Assembly: GCF_000446015.1 (NCBI RefSeq)
Contig: NC_022093.1
Coordinates: 1,530,001 to 1,562,000 of the forward strand
Length of the DNA stretch: 32,000 bases
From: Thermofilum adornatum
Lineage (GTDB): Archaea > Thermoproteota > Thermoprotei > Thermofilales > Thermofilaceae
Reading direction: 5' to 3'
Shown: piece by piece, positions 17,179-25,750 of the stretch
How positions within the stretch are numbered: the stretch's first letter is position 1
Layout: the number at the start of each line of letters is the position of its first letter
Notes under the pieces: generated by a model
Told to the model about the DNA's origin: nothing
The model's input: only the letters and a program-made list of their open reading frames with translations
Databases searched by the model: none
Program-made: the position numbers and the translations under genes

Positions 17179-17405
17179 AACCTACTGTTTATTTCTTTTC
17201 GCAGATTATCTATTTCCTCTTTAACGCTCCCTATATCGTCTTTCGTTGCCATCTCTCTGGAGAGAGCAACCAGCATTGTTCTTCTTAGTTCTCTGTATCT
17301 AAGTGCCTCCGGAATGAGTTCTTCAGCGAGCATCCTCCTCAGTTCCTCATCGCGGCGGAGCTCTTCAAGTAATTGTCTCCCGACGGACACCTTCCTTATT
17401 AACAA
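17142..17405 (-). CDS. Small coiled-coil protein, 5' part of a possibly frameshifted gene (derived copy P4 of the coiled-coil family)
   Basis: LLEELRRDEELRRMLAEELIPE weakly resembles the LLERDKEFRYAVAGYLG module. It is followed by the coiled coil KDDIGSVKEEIDNLRKEIN. It has its own TATA (CTTTTTATATATTTC, about 17420-17432), and the start is uncertain (TTG 17405 or GTG 17390). Confidence 0.4.
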   Translation of the reverse strand: MLIRKVSVGRQLLEELRRDEELRRMLAEELIPEALRYRELRRTMLVALSREMATKDDIGSVKEEIDNLRKEINSRLCLLKIESLCLR

Positions 17406-17460
17406 AAGTGATGAAATATATAAAAAGATTAAGGAGGCAGATCTCGCGGTCGCTTGAAAC

Positions 17461-19140
17461 TTATTGCTTGCCCAGGAAGTCTTCTATTGTTGTGGTTTTT
17501 TGCTGTTCCTCTTGTTCCTCGGTGCTAAGGAGGTAGTCTGCTAGGTCGAGTTTTTCTGGGGGTGTTGTCCATGCCTTGTTCCAGTCTATGTCTTTTCCTC
17601 CAAGCGTGTATCCGAATCGCTCTGTAAAGTTGTCTACCTTGACTATTCCTGGTATGGTGGCGGCTGAGCCAGAGATAAGTGCTTCTCCCGTCATTAGCCC
17701 AGAAAGCCCTTGAACCATTTCCTGCATGACGTCCTCCATGCTTCCGAGGATGTATTCTTGGTCCTTGGGGTTCGCGGTTCTAAGTGCTATCAGCGTGCCG
17801 CACTGGGCGAGAACTGTCTGTGAGAGCTCTCTAGGCCTCTGGCTTACTATCCCAAGGCCTATCCCGAACTTTCTGCCCTCTTTGGCTATCTTCTCGATAA
17901 TTTCCTTCGCGGGGCTCCACCTGCCCTGCGGGACATAGTTGTGTGCCTCCTCGATTATTATCAGTGTTGGCTGCGGCTTCCCGGCGAGGACGCTCGCAGT
18001 TGTTATGCGCCAGAAAGACTTCAGCACGGTAGCCACTGTGGATGTCTGTATGTCGCTGGAGAGCCCGCCCAGCGATAGCAGTGTTATTCCAGGCGACAGT
18101 AGGGAGCTGTATATCCCCATGTATGTTTCTAGGCTTTTCCTGGGCTCTTCCATGCTCAGGGAGCTGTAGAGCTTGTCGCTTGTCCTTGGACGCGTAATGT
18201 AGAAGAGCTCCGTGTTCTCTAGGAGCATCTCTAGCTTGAGTATCAGGTCGTCGAGGGACCGGTCATACTTGTTCCTCACAGATGTTTTCTCTAGGATCTC
18301 GAGTAGCTCCTCGGGCGTATAGTATATTGGGTCGTCTGTCGACGCGTGGCTGTATCTCTGCCTCCTAGCCTCCTGTACAGCGTTCCGGAGATACATTATC
18401 TGTTTTGTTGCGCGGGACGGGTCTAGTTTTAGTATGCCTGCAACCTCTTCTAGGCCGAGGCTCCAGAGGGGGACCTCTAGAGGCTGGGGCTTTATCCCGT
18501 ACCTTGCCTCTAACAGCTTCGCAATTCTGCCTGCGGGGCTTATGACCCTGATGTTGCTCGAGGCTTCAGCCATTGGTATGTATTCGTTGTGTGTGTCTAT
18601 TACGAGAACCCTTGCGTAGGGGAACTTTTCAGATATCTCGCCAAGAATAACTGCCACGGTATTTGATTTTCCCGCGCCAGTCATCGCGAGGACAGCGAAG
18701 TGCCTAGAGCATAGCATGTTGAGTGATAAAGTGTATGGCACTTCGGGGTTCTGCGAGAGCTTGCCAATTTTTATCTCTCCATTTGAGGTCAAGCTGGATA
18801 ATTCTTCTGCTGTTGCAAGGTAAACCTTTTGCCCAGGCTTCGGTAGCTCAGGCACGCCCCTTATAAAGCTCTTCCCGTCATGGAAGCCTACAAGCATGGC
18901 TACAAGCTCGTTACGTGTCGGGCGTATCTCCGGGTATCCTTCAAGCTCCTCTATAATCCTACTTTTCCTGTACAGCTCGTCTAGAAGATTAAAGCTCACG
19001 ACCATTGCGTAGGCCCATCCACGCGTTATCTCCATCTTTACGTATACCCCTGGCTTAGCAATATGTTCCAGTTTTTCTTCCTGGACACCAAACCTGACGA
19101 GGCTCTGACCATAGACATTTGTAACCCTACCTATCTCCAC
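17461..19140 (-). CDS. herA: HerA-type hexameric DNA translocase/helicase ATPase (FtsK-HerA superfamily), copy 1
   Basis: HAS-barrel-like N-terminus MEIGRVTNVYG. Walker A LAMTGAGKSNT, Walker B TLIIIEEAHNYVP, and GIGLGIVSQRPRELS. GTG start at 19140. Confidence 0.9.
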   Translation of the reverse strand: MEIGRVTNVYGQSLVRFGVQEEKLEHIAKPGVYVKMEITRGWAYAMVVSFNLLDELYRKSRIIEELEGYPEIRPTRNELVAMLVGFHDGKSFIRGVPELPKPGQKVYLATAEELSSLTSNGEIKIGKLSQNPEVPYTLSLNMLCSRHFAVLAMTGAGKSNTVAVILGEISEKFPYARVLVIDTHNEYIPMAEASSNIRVISPAGRIAKLLEARYGIKPQPLEVPLWSLGLEEVAGILKLDPSRATKQIMYLRNAVQEARRQRYSHASTDDPIYYTPEELLEILEKTSVRNKYDRSLDDLILKLEMLLENTELFYITRPRTSDKLYSSLSMEEPRKSLETYMGIYSSLLSPGITLLSLGGLSSDIQTSTVATVLKSFWRITTASVLAGKPQPTLIIIEEAHNYVPQGRWSPAKEIIEKIAKEGRKFGIGLGIVSQRPRELSQTVLAQCGTLIALRTANPKDQEYILGSMEDVMQEMVQGLSGLMTGEALISGSAATIPGIVKVDNFTERFGYTLGGKDIDWNKAWTTPPEKLDLADYLLSTEEQEEQQKTTTIEDFLGKQ

Positions 19141-19146
19141 AACTCT

Positions 19147-19153
19147 TCACCTC
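19147..19153 (-). promoter_or_regulatory. Shine-Dalgarno GAGGTGA for herA copy 1, embedded in the nurA stop codon
   Basis: The minus strand reads CTGAGGTGAAGAGTTGTG. The TGA stop of nurA lies inside GAGGTGA, and 6 nt follow before the GTG start. Confidence 0.55.
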
Positions 19154-20331
19154 AGACCAGCCTTCACCCTTCCACTTGGAGCGTAAGCGGCCCTAACAAT
19201 AGAGTCTGCCTTACGCTTATAAATCTCGTCAGCGACAAGGCGCGCAATCTCTGGGTTCAGCACGGCCATGTGGTGGACATAGCTGAGAGGCTTCGGGTAG
19301 CCCCTACTGTCCGAGAGCTCCTTCAGGGTCGCAAGGGCACTTAGAGCCTCATCTTCGTCCACATAGCTTGGATAGGTCATCTGTAGAACTGGTCCAAGTT
19401 TTCTCAGCTTAAAATACAAGACAGAGTAGTCGCCCCAGGTTCCCAAGATCTCCGAGACAAGTTTCCTGTCGGCCGCGCATGGCTTTAGTCGTCCAAACTC
19501 TTTCCCCCTAAGAGTTGTGTATGCGTCTTCGAGGTTTCTCCATGCATAGTCAAGCAGGGTTACATCGTTGAGCCAGCCCTCGAGCCCAACTTTTTCGACA
19601 AGCAGGTTTGTCTCTGAGTCTTTTGCTACCCAGAAGAGCGGCACCTGTAGCTCCCGGCTAGCTGTCAACAAGTCTCTCAGGGCTTTAAGGTATACTGTTG
19701 TCTCGACGTAGACGCATACAAAGTCAAGAAAGCTCTTCTTCGAAGAGGTTTTCTCAAACATTGTGTTTCTTTCCTTGTATATTTGCCAGGCCTTGTCAGA
19801 AATCTCCTTAAACAGCCCCATTACAGAATTTGGGGATATGTCTCTATCCTCTAGCTCTATTCCAAGATGCTCCGCGTCCGGCAAATTATCGAGAATCTTT
19901 TTATAGTCTTCGCCCAGAGCCTCTGCGGCGTCCTTTGGGTGGCTGAAAACTGTCATCATTTCGGATATGAAGCTCCCGTCTAGTAAGATAGCCTCAAGGC
20001 TACTAGTCAAAGCTTTTCGTGCAGCTAGGAGCTCGATGATGGACATCAAGAGGTTTGCCCTCTGCTCGCCATAGCTCTTGGGCACAATAACAGAGACGAT
20101 TGGCTCCTCTGCCCCCCTAGCTAGAGCAGAATATTTTCCATTTTTTAGGAGAATGGATGCAACAGAGAATACTGCAACGTGTATACTCCTCCTCGGCTCA
20201 ACGACGTTGCTTCCATCAACGTATCCCGTACTCGTAAAAGGTTTTCCACTAATAGGCTCTGCCTCTTCTGCAAGCTCTTTCTCTACTCCCCTTAGAAGCT
20301 CCTCTGATACATGTAGCAATGCATGCTCCAT
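19147..20331 (-). CDS. nurA: NurA-family 5'-3' nuclease, copy 1
   Basis: Motifs YVDGSNV, IELLAA, ILLDGSF and C-terminal GYPKPLSYVHHMA give the D/E/D/H pattern of NurA. It lies immediately upstream of herA. Confidence 0.8.
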   Translation of the reverse strand: MEHALLHVSEELLRGVEKELAEEAEPISGKPFTSTGYVDGSNVVEPRRSIHVAVFSVASILLKNGKYSALARGAEEPIVSVIVPKSYGEQRANLLMSIIELLAARKALTSSLEAILLDGSFISEMMTVFSHPKDAAEALGEDYKKILDNLPDAEHLGIELEDRDISPNSVMGLFKEISDKAWQIYKERNTMFEKTSSKKSFLDFVCVYVETTVYLKALRDLLTASRELQVPLFWVAKDSETNLLVEKVGLEGWLNDVTLLDYAWRNLEDAYTTLRGKEFGRLKPCAADRKLVSEILGTWGDYSVLYFKLRKLGPVLQMTYPSYVDEDEALSALATLKELSDSRGYPKPLSYVHHMAVLNPEIARLVADEIYKRKADSIVRAAYAPSGRVKAGLR

Positions 20332-20463
20332 ATATGGCCTAGGATAATAAACGCGTCTACAACTAATAAATTATTGTAGAAAGTAAACCGAAAGTGAAAA
20401 CAACTAAACCTGGAGCATCCTTTTCCTGGCACTCAAAACTAGAAAGATTTATATCTGTTTCCC

Positions 20464-21150
20464 GTGTTTGCCGAGAAGGGTTCATTGTTCGACTACAAGG
20501 TCATAGAAAAGAAATATGCACAGGCAATTCTAACACAGATCCGTAGCAAAAACACAAGCCAAGTAGAGTTTAGAAAGGGGCTTGTACGCCTCGGACGGGT
20601 ACTCGGACTAGAAATAGTCGAGGACTTTGAAACCGAGGAAAACCCCGTAGAGACCCCACTGGGGGTCACCTATAGAGGCATAAAGATCAAGGGCTTCGAA
20701 AACGTTTGCATAGTCACTGTTCTCAGAGCCGCGTGGCCCCTAACCGAGGGACTCGTAAAGATATTTTACTCTGCAAGGCAAGGCGTCGTCGCGGCGCGGA
20801 GAGTAGAAGAGAAGGGAATGCACGGCACGGAATTTGACATCGAGATAAACTATGTAAAGATCCCCAAGTTTGGCGGCGACGACATTGTAATAATTAGCGA
20901 CGTGATGGTTGCTACCGGCTCAACTCTGATCGCTGTGCTGAGAGAGCTTTTGAAGAGGGGACGCGCAAAGAAATACTATATCGCATCTGTGATATCCACT
21001 CCGATAGCCATCGAGAAGCTCAGAAAGTTCGCCCAAGACGCGGGGATAGACCTGAAGCTCTACACGGTTGCGGTCGACCCAGAGCTAAACAGCAAGGGAT
21101 ACATCGTTCCCGGCCTCGGAGACGCGGGAGACAGGGCATTCGGGACCTAG
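20464..21150 (+). CDS. upp: Uracil phosphoribosyltransferase
   Basis: PRPP loop IISDVMVATGSTL and the C-terminal uracil-binding YIVPGLGDAGDRAFGT. The start is uncertain (GTG 20464, or a TTG about 24 nt downstream) because TATA ATTTATATC lies only about 10 nt before the GTG. Confidence 0.88.
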   Translation: MFAEKGSLFDYKVIEKKYAQAILTQIRSKNTSQVEFRKGLVRLGRVLGLEIVEDFETEENPVETPLGVTYRGIKIKGFENVCIVTVLRAAWPLTEGLVKIFYSARQGVVAARRVEEKGMHGTEFDIEINYVKIPKFGGDDIVIISDVMVATGSTLIAVLRELLKRGRAKKYYIASVISTPIAIEKLRKFAQDAGIDLKLYTVAVDPELNSKGYIVPGLGDAGDRAFGT

Positions 21151-21151
21151 G

Positions 21152-22591
21152 CTAAGTTACAGGCGTAACCGAGCCCAGTAAAATGCTGAGTAGTATTGGG
21201 AGCCAGACCACATTCGCCTGTTCAATTTTCCTAGAGGCAATGACTGAAGCTAGTAGGTCTAGAGGTATCAATAGGACGAGGCTAATGAAGACAACTATTA
21301 GGAAATAGCCTGCAAACCCGCCTCCAATGGCGATCTTGAGGACAAGCCAAGCAACAGCAAAGCAAGCCGCTTTTGATGCAAGCCTCACGAGAAAGACTTT
21401 CGACGTGCCGCCGCGGGGGCTAAAAGCCTCGAGAACAAAAACTGGGGGTAGAAACAGCACGTAGAGAACTAGTAGGATTACGAGCCTGTAGATGCTTGGC
21501 TCAACATTAAGGAAAGGTTGGAGGGCGGAATGCATCATTAGGTATGAATAGGCTGCTAGCGTTATCCCCGAAAGTAACGCAGCGGGGCTAAATTTCCCTA
21601 TAAATGGTTTGATCTGGGACAGCTGTCTCCTGTAAAGAAAGAGGATACCTAGTGCTTGGCTATAGAATACTCCTAGGATAAAGCTTCCAATGGGAGCCCT
21701 CGTAATGCCTGTAAACGCGTTGAAGAAAAGGAATGCTAGGGGGGCTACAAGTGCCGACACGGCTATATTTTCCCATGAGAGTCTCGGGGCCGTCTTTGCC
21801 TCTCGGTAGCTAGCCGCATCGGTGTCGATAAAGGGTAGTGGGACAATGATCATGAGTAGTACCGCTAACACGCTTAATAAGAGCGTCACTATAAGCCTAG
21901 ACCAGGCATATGTGTATGTGGCTTTTCCAACTGTCCAGGACACAATTTTGTCTACTACGGCTGGGTTGTAGAGGATTGTGAGGTGGTCGTCGGTTGGAGA
22001 GACATAGATTTCCCATCCATTGAGCCTGTTTATAGGTATGTTGCTAAAGGTGAAGATTTCGTCCTGCATGGCTAAGACAAGTAGCTTTTTCTCGACACTA
22101 GTAGTATTGAGGGGCGAGGAGGCTATCACTATTACCCTTGAAGCATTTATCCTCGAGCCGACTTCTTGAACAGCCCTTCCACCCATGCTGTGGCCTGCGA
22201 GGACAACTTCTCCCGTGACGCGATCTACTGCACCTACTACACTGTAATAATCACGCAACAAAGTGGAAACGTTGTAGCTAACCGTTGAAGAGCTTTTCCC
22301 GTGGCCCCTTGAGTCAAAAGCCACAGCAACATAGCCTTGTCGTGCAAGCTCTACACCTATCCAGCTCATCATCTCAGAGCTCCCGCCGTAGCCGTGGAAA
22401 AGCACAGCTGTACCCTTTACAGGCGTATCTTCTGGGATCCATGCAAGATACCTAAGGGTGGCCCCTTGTGACGAGACATATCCCTCTTCTACTTTGATCC
22501 CATGCATTAGGACGCCGGAATTGTAAAGGGATAGGGACAAGAACAGCAAGATCAAGATAATCGAAATGATAGTTAACTTCTTGTTAGTCAT
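21152..22591 (-). CDS. Alpha/beta-hydrolase domain fused to a C-terminal polytopic membrane domain
   Basis: There is an N-terminal TM/signal anchor. The hydrolase part has HGYGGSS, the nucleophile elbow GHSMGG, and later QDE and DDH. About 7 hydrophobic helices follow from residue ~230 to the end. Confidence 0.75.
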   Translation of the reverse strand: MTNKKLTIISIILILLFLSLSLYNSGVLMHGIKVEEGYVSSQGATLRYLAWIPEDTPVKGTAVLFHGYGGSSEMMSWIGVELARQGYVAVAFDSRGHGKSSSTVSYNVSTLLRDYYSVVGAVDRVTGEVVLAGHSMGGRAVQEVGSRINASRVIVIASSPLNTTSVEKKLLVLAMQDEIFTFSNIPINRLNGWEIYVSPTDDHLTILYNPAVVDKIVSWTVGKATYTYAWSRLIVTLLLSVLAVLLMIIVPLPFIDTDAASYREAKTAPRLSWENIAVSALVAPLAFLFFNAFTGITRAPIGSFILGVFYSQALGILFLYRRQLSQIKPFIGKFSPAALLSGITLAAYSYLMMHSALQPFLNVEPSIYRLVILLVLYVLFLPPVFVLEAFSPRGGTSKVFLVRLASKAACFAVAWLVLKIAIGGGFAGYFLIVVFISLVLLIPLDLLASVIASRKIEQANVVWLPILLSILLGSVTPVT

Positions 22592-22707
22592 CTGGACACC
22601 TGGACAATTTCATAGAAAACGCATTTATCTTTTTACACAACGATTCCCGGCAAAAATAGAGGAAAAGGTTAGCAACATAAAGAAGAAGTAGAGACCATCA
22701 TATAGTT

Positions 22708-23859
22708 TCAGCTTTCTTTCGAGGATCTGTAGCTTAGAAGCAGGAAAACATATGCAAGTATATAGCCCAGCCCGGCCAGCAAATAGGAGACGCTTGGCCC
22801 AGCATACTGCCACAGCATTCCGCCAAAAATCTCGCCCAACGAGAAGCCCATAAACCTCGCGGCATCAAGAAAACCCACTGATAGCCCCTGCCCAGTGGTT
22901 GGTGAAAGTTTCACGGCTAAGACCTCGATGTAGTTAGACATGATGCTTCCAATAGAAAACACCAAGTAGAGAATGTACAAGAATACGGTCTCGCTGGGAA
23001 TTGGGAAAAGAAGCCATGCACAACCCATTATCACAGCTCCCCCTAATACAATCTTCCAGTAACCAGCCTTGTCGCCAAGAACTCCAGAAGGCCAACTGCT
23101 AACAAGCTGGGACAAGTTAAATATGGATGGGAAAACTGCAAGAGCTAGGGGACTAGCAGAAAGACGGGGATCATAGGAAAGAAAAGAGGAAGCATAGCTA
23201 AAAAATGCTCCTATAAATGCGGCAACATACAACATTACGAGTGGCATCCTCCTGAAAACAGACATCCAGCCCCTAAGATTCTCTCCCTGCGTTAATGAAG
23301 CTAGCTTTCCTCCGGTCGGTATAAACATTGCCAAGACAAAAAAGGCAAGCAGGTAGAGCCCGGCCTTTCCCATGAAGACTGCATTCCATCCGTAGTGCTG
23401 TGCCAGCCACCCTGCAAGCAGTGGGCCAGCCACGGCAACCCCAGAATATGCCGTGTAGAGAAATCCCAGGGCCGCGCCCATCGAGTCCGGAAAAGCCTCG
23501 GCTATGATTCTGAGAGCAGAGGGCCGAAGCGACATCTGTGAAAACTGAATCATGAAGAAACCCACGGCTGCAACAATCCAGGTAGGAGAAAATGCCTCCA
23601 CAACTAGGCCAACTATACTTAGGGCTATGCTTCCAAGGAAAACTATACGCGCCCCCACTATGTCCACCAGCCGCCCACCAAGAATTGAGCCTAAAACACC
23701 CACAGCGTATCCTGCCCCAAGAACAAAGCCCAAAGTATCAGGTGTGGCCCCGAGCGAAGACATAAAGGCTCCAAAGAGAATACTCTCAACCTCGATAAGG
23801 CCGGCGCATACCTGGAAAAAGGCTAGAGCAAGCAATGTTCTGTTACGGTAAAGAGCCAC
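22708..23859 (-). CDS. MFS transporter
   Basis: 383 aa with about 12 TM helices. MFS motif A-like GGRLVDIVGARIV lies between TM2 and TM3. Confidence 0.85.
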   Translation of the reverse strand: MALYRNRTLLALAFFQVCAGLIEVESILFGAFMSSLGATPDTLGFVLGAGYAVGVLGSILGGRLVDIVGARIVFLGSIALSIVGLVVEAFSPTWIVAAVGFFMIQFSQMSLRPSALRIIAEAFPDSMGAALGFLYTAYSGVAVAGPLLAGWLAQHYGWNAVFMGKAGLYLLAFFVLAMFIPTGGKLASLTQGENLRGWMSVFRRMPLVMLYVAAFIGAFFSYASSFLSYDPRLSASPLALAVFPSIFNLSQLVSSWPSGVLGDKAGYWKIVLGGAVIMGCAWLLFPIPSETVFLYILYLVFSIGSIMSNYIEVLAVKLSPTTGQGLSVGFLDAARFMGFSLGEIFGGMLWQYAGPSVSYLLAGLGYILAYVFLLLSYRSSKES

Positions 23860-24077
23860 GAGTCACCCTCTCCATTCGTGGAAATTTTTCTAGTGCTTTA
23901 ATCTTCTCAAGTTTGCTCTTTTAAATATATTTGCAGAGAAAAGTTCAACAATGTTATAAATCATATGAATCTTTTATAAGCAGACAAGTTAGTGTAGGGT
24001 TTTTACTCCAGGTTTATTATCAAAAGAGTTTCACATGAATCATTTGCCCATATGATAATTCAACTTAGGACAACTTG

Positions 24078-25448
24078 TTACTGGCTTTTAAGAAGGCCAT
24101 AGATGTCGCTAAGGTCATAAGCCAGATAGCCCTTTTTTCTAAGTTCACTTTTGTCTTCTATGTTTCTGGCTATGATTCCATATATCTTCTCCCCTACCTC
24201 CAGCTCTACGGCTTTCCGTTCAAGACTCGCAACGAGACTTTCTGCTTCCCGCATGTCCAAATCACTCCACTTAACCTCAAAGAGCAGTGCAGCACCTTCA
24301 CTTTTAGACACAGCCACGATATCTATTTCCTTGTCTCTGCTCCACCAGCCCCCAACAGCTTCGGGCCTCACAGGTAGCTCGCCTCGCCTCGTTGCCTGTA
24401 CAACGAATTCGCGTGCTATGCGTTCAAATACCCATCCTAGATAAGTGTTGAAGTTTTCCTGCTCCCTTTCCCAGACTTCATGTTCAAGCCCAGCCTCGAG
24501 AGAACGCATGTTCGGCCATACAAACTTGAACCAGAACGAGAAGAAGGGGTCCCGTATCGTGTACCGAGAACGGCCTTTCCCCACCAGAGGCTTTTCCCTC
24601 TCGATTAGGCCCAGGAGCTCCAGGTAGGATAGGTACGTTGTAGCGTTTTCCCTCTTTAGCCCTGTGGCGCTGGCTATCTCGCTGAGAGTTGTCCTCCCCT
24701 GGGCAATTGCGCCTAGAATATCCATGTACCTTGCTGGAGCCCTAAGCTCCTCCATCAGGAGGTATACAGGCTCTTCGTGTAGGGCACCACGCTTGCTGAG
24801 GACTAGCTTAACAGCATTCTCCTCTGGGCTCTCATTCTCGTCGACAAGCTCGAGGTATGCCGGGGTCCCGCCAAAAACGCCGTATATCTTCACGGCATCT
24901 ACCGGGCTCAGCCTGTCAAACCACTCTAGAACCCCTCCGAATCCCAGGGGCTCAAGCTTGATGACAGCCGTCCTCCTGCCATAGAGCGGGGCATCCCCAC
25001 GCAGAGCAACGCGGACAATTGTGCCTATAGCCGAGCCCGAAAGTACAAGGACTGAACCTGTCCGAGACAGCTTCTCGTCCCAGTACCTCTGCAGAAGGGA
25101 AAGCGCCCCCTCAACCTCTCCAAGCCTCTGAAACTCATCAATAACGACAAGGTAGCCCTGCTCCATCTTGGTAGCGAGATATTCGAGGAAAGAGTGAAAG
25201 CTTGGAAACCTAAACCCCTTAAAGAACTCGCCCTCTACACTGCGGGAAAACTCTTCAAGTATAGTCTCAGAGCCTCCCCTGGGGACATAGAAGTACAGCC
25301 CCCTCCTCTTGCGAAGGAGTTCCAGTAGTAGCCTAGTCTTGCCCACTCTTCGCCTCCCATAAACAATGACAAGCTGGGACTTTCCACTTGAGCACAGCTC
25401 CCCTAGTTGCTCTAACTCCTCTCTCCTATCAACAAATCTTACAATCAT
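24078..25448 (-). CDS. Archaeal AAA+ ATPase with wHTH and C-terminal PD-(D/E)XK-like domain, paralog 3
   Basis: Walker A YGRRRVGKT, Walker B VVIDEFQRL, wHTH ILGAIAQGRTTLSEIASATGL, C-terminal KEIDIVAV...LFEVKW. Confidence 0.85.
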   Translation of the reverse strand: MIVRFVDRREELEQLGELCSSGKSQLVIVYGRRRVGKTRLLLELLRKRRGLYFYVPRGGSETILEEFSRSVEGEFFKGFRFPSFHSFLEYLATKMEQGYLVVIDEFQRLGEVEGALSLLQRYWDEKLSRTGSVLVLSGSAIGTIVRVALRGDAPLYGRRTAVIKLEPLGFGGVLEWFDRLSPVDAVKIYGVFGGTPAYLELVDENESPEENAVKLVLSKRGALHEEPVYLLMEELRAPARYMDILGAIAQGRTTLSEIASATGLKRENATTYLSYLELLGLIEREKPLVGKGRSRYTIRDPFFSFWFKFVWPNMRSLEAGLEHEVWEREQENFNTYLGWVFERIAREFVVQATRRGELPVRPEAVGGWWSRDKEIDIVAVSKSEGAALLFEVKWSDLDMREAESLVASLERKAVELEVGEKIYGIIARNIEDKSELRKKGYLAYDLSDIYGLLKSQ

Positions 25449-25476
25449 AATTGTTACAATCTAGATTGTAACAATT
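25449..25476. promoter_or_regulatory. Perfect 28-bp palindrome AATTGTTACAATCT|AGATTGTAACAATT abutting the ATG of ATPase paralog 3 (candidate operator)
   Basis: I read this directly: 14-bp arms, no spacer, no mismatch. It starts 1 nt upstream of the start codon and abuts the TATA-like ATTTAAAT immediately upstream, with a 2-bp overlap. The half-site TTACAATC recurs at 25439-25446 inside the first codons. Confidence 0.8.
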
Positions 25477-25582
25477 TAAATGTTACTACAACCAAGCGAA
25501 CAGCGTTACTCGCACGGTTTAACTCTGCGGAAGAGCCAAAAGCTCATAACTATACGAGGTAGAGATTCATTCTTGAGAGAGC

Positions 25583-25750
25583 TTGAACAAACGACGCCTA
25601 AAGGAGCCCTACCAAAGCCTGCTTGACGAACTAGTTAAGGCCCTACATGAGAAGCCTGGAGACGACCTAGTATCTGTCGTTATCTATGGGTCTGCGGCGA
25701 GGGGGGAGGCTACGCTTATACCTTTGAACCAAAGATGTCTGTTGCAGTAA
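25583..25750 (+). pseudogene. Truncated minimal nucleotidyltransferase (MNT-type) fragment
   Basis: Not in the ORF track. It reads LNKRRLKEPYQSLLDELVKALHEKPGDDLVSVVIYGSAARGEATLIPLNQRCLLQ*. The YGSAARGE part of the NTase G[SG] motif is present, but the catalytic DxD segment is missing. The ORF ends exactly where the convergent vapC ends. Confidence 0.35.

Noticed and set aside
25481-25489. The 9-mer TGTTACTAC is shared between the ATPase-3 upstream region and the first codons of the Csa3-like gene (27511-27519). The GTTAC core is also shared by the 28-bp palindrome and the GGTAAC motifs.
   Set aside because: One copy is coding (MVVT) and the shared core is short, so this is most likely coincidence. 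It is not evidence that the Csa3-like regulator controls the ATPase gene.
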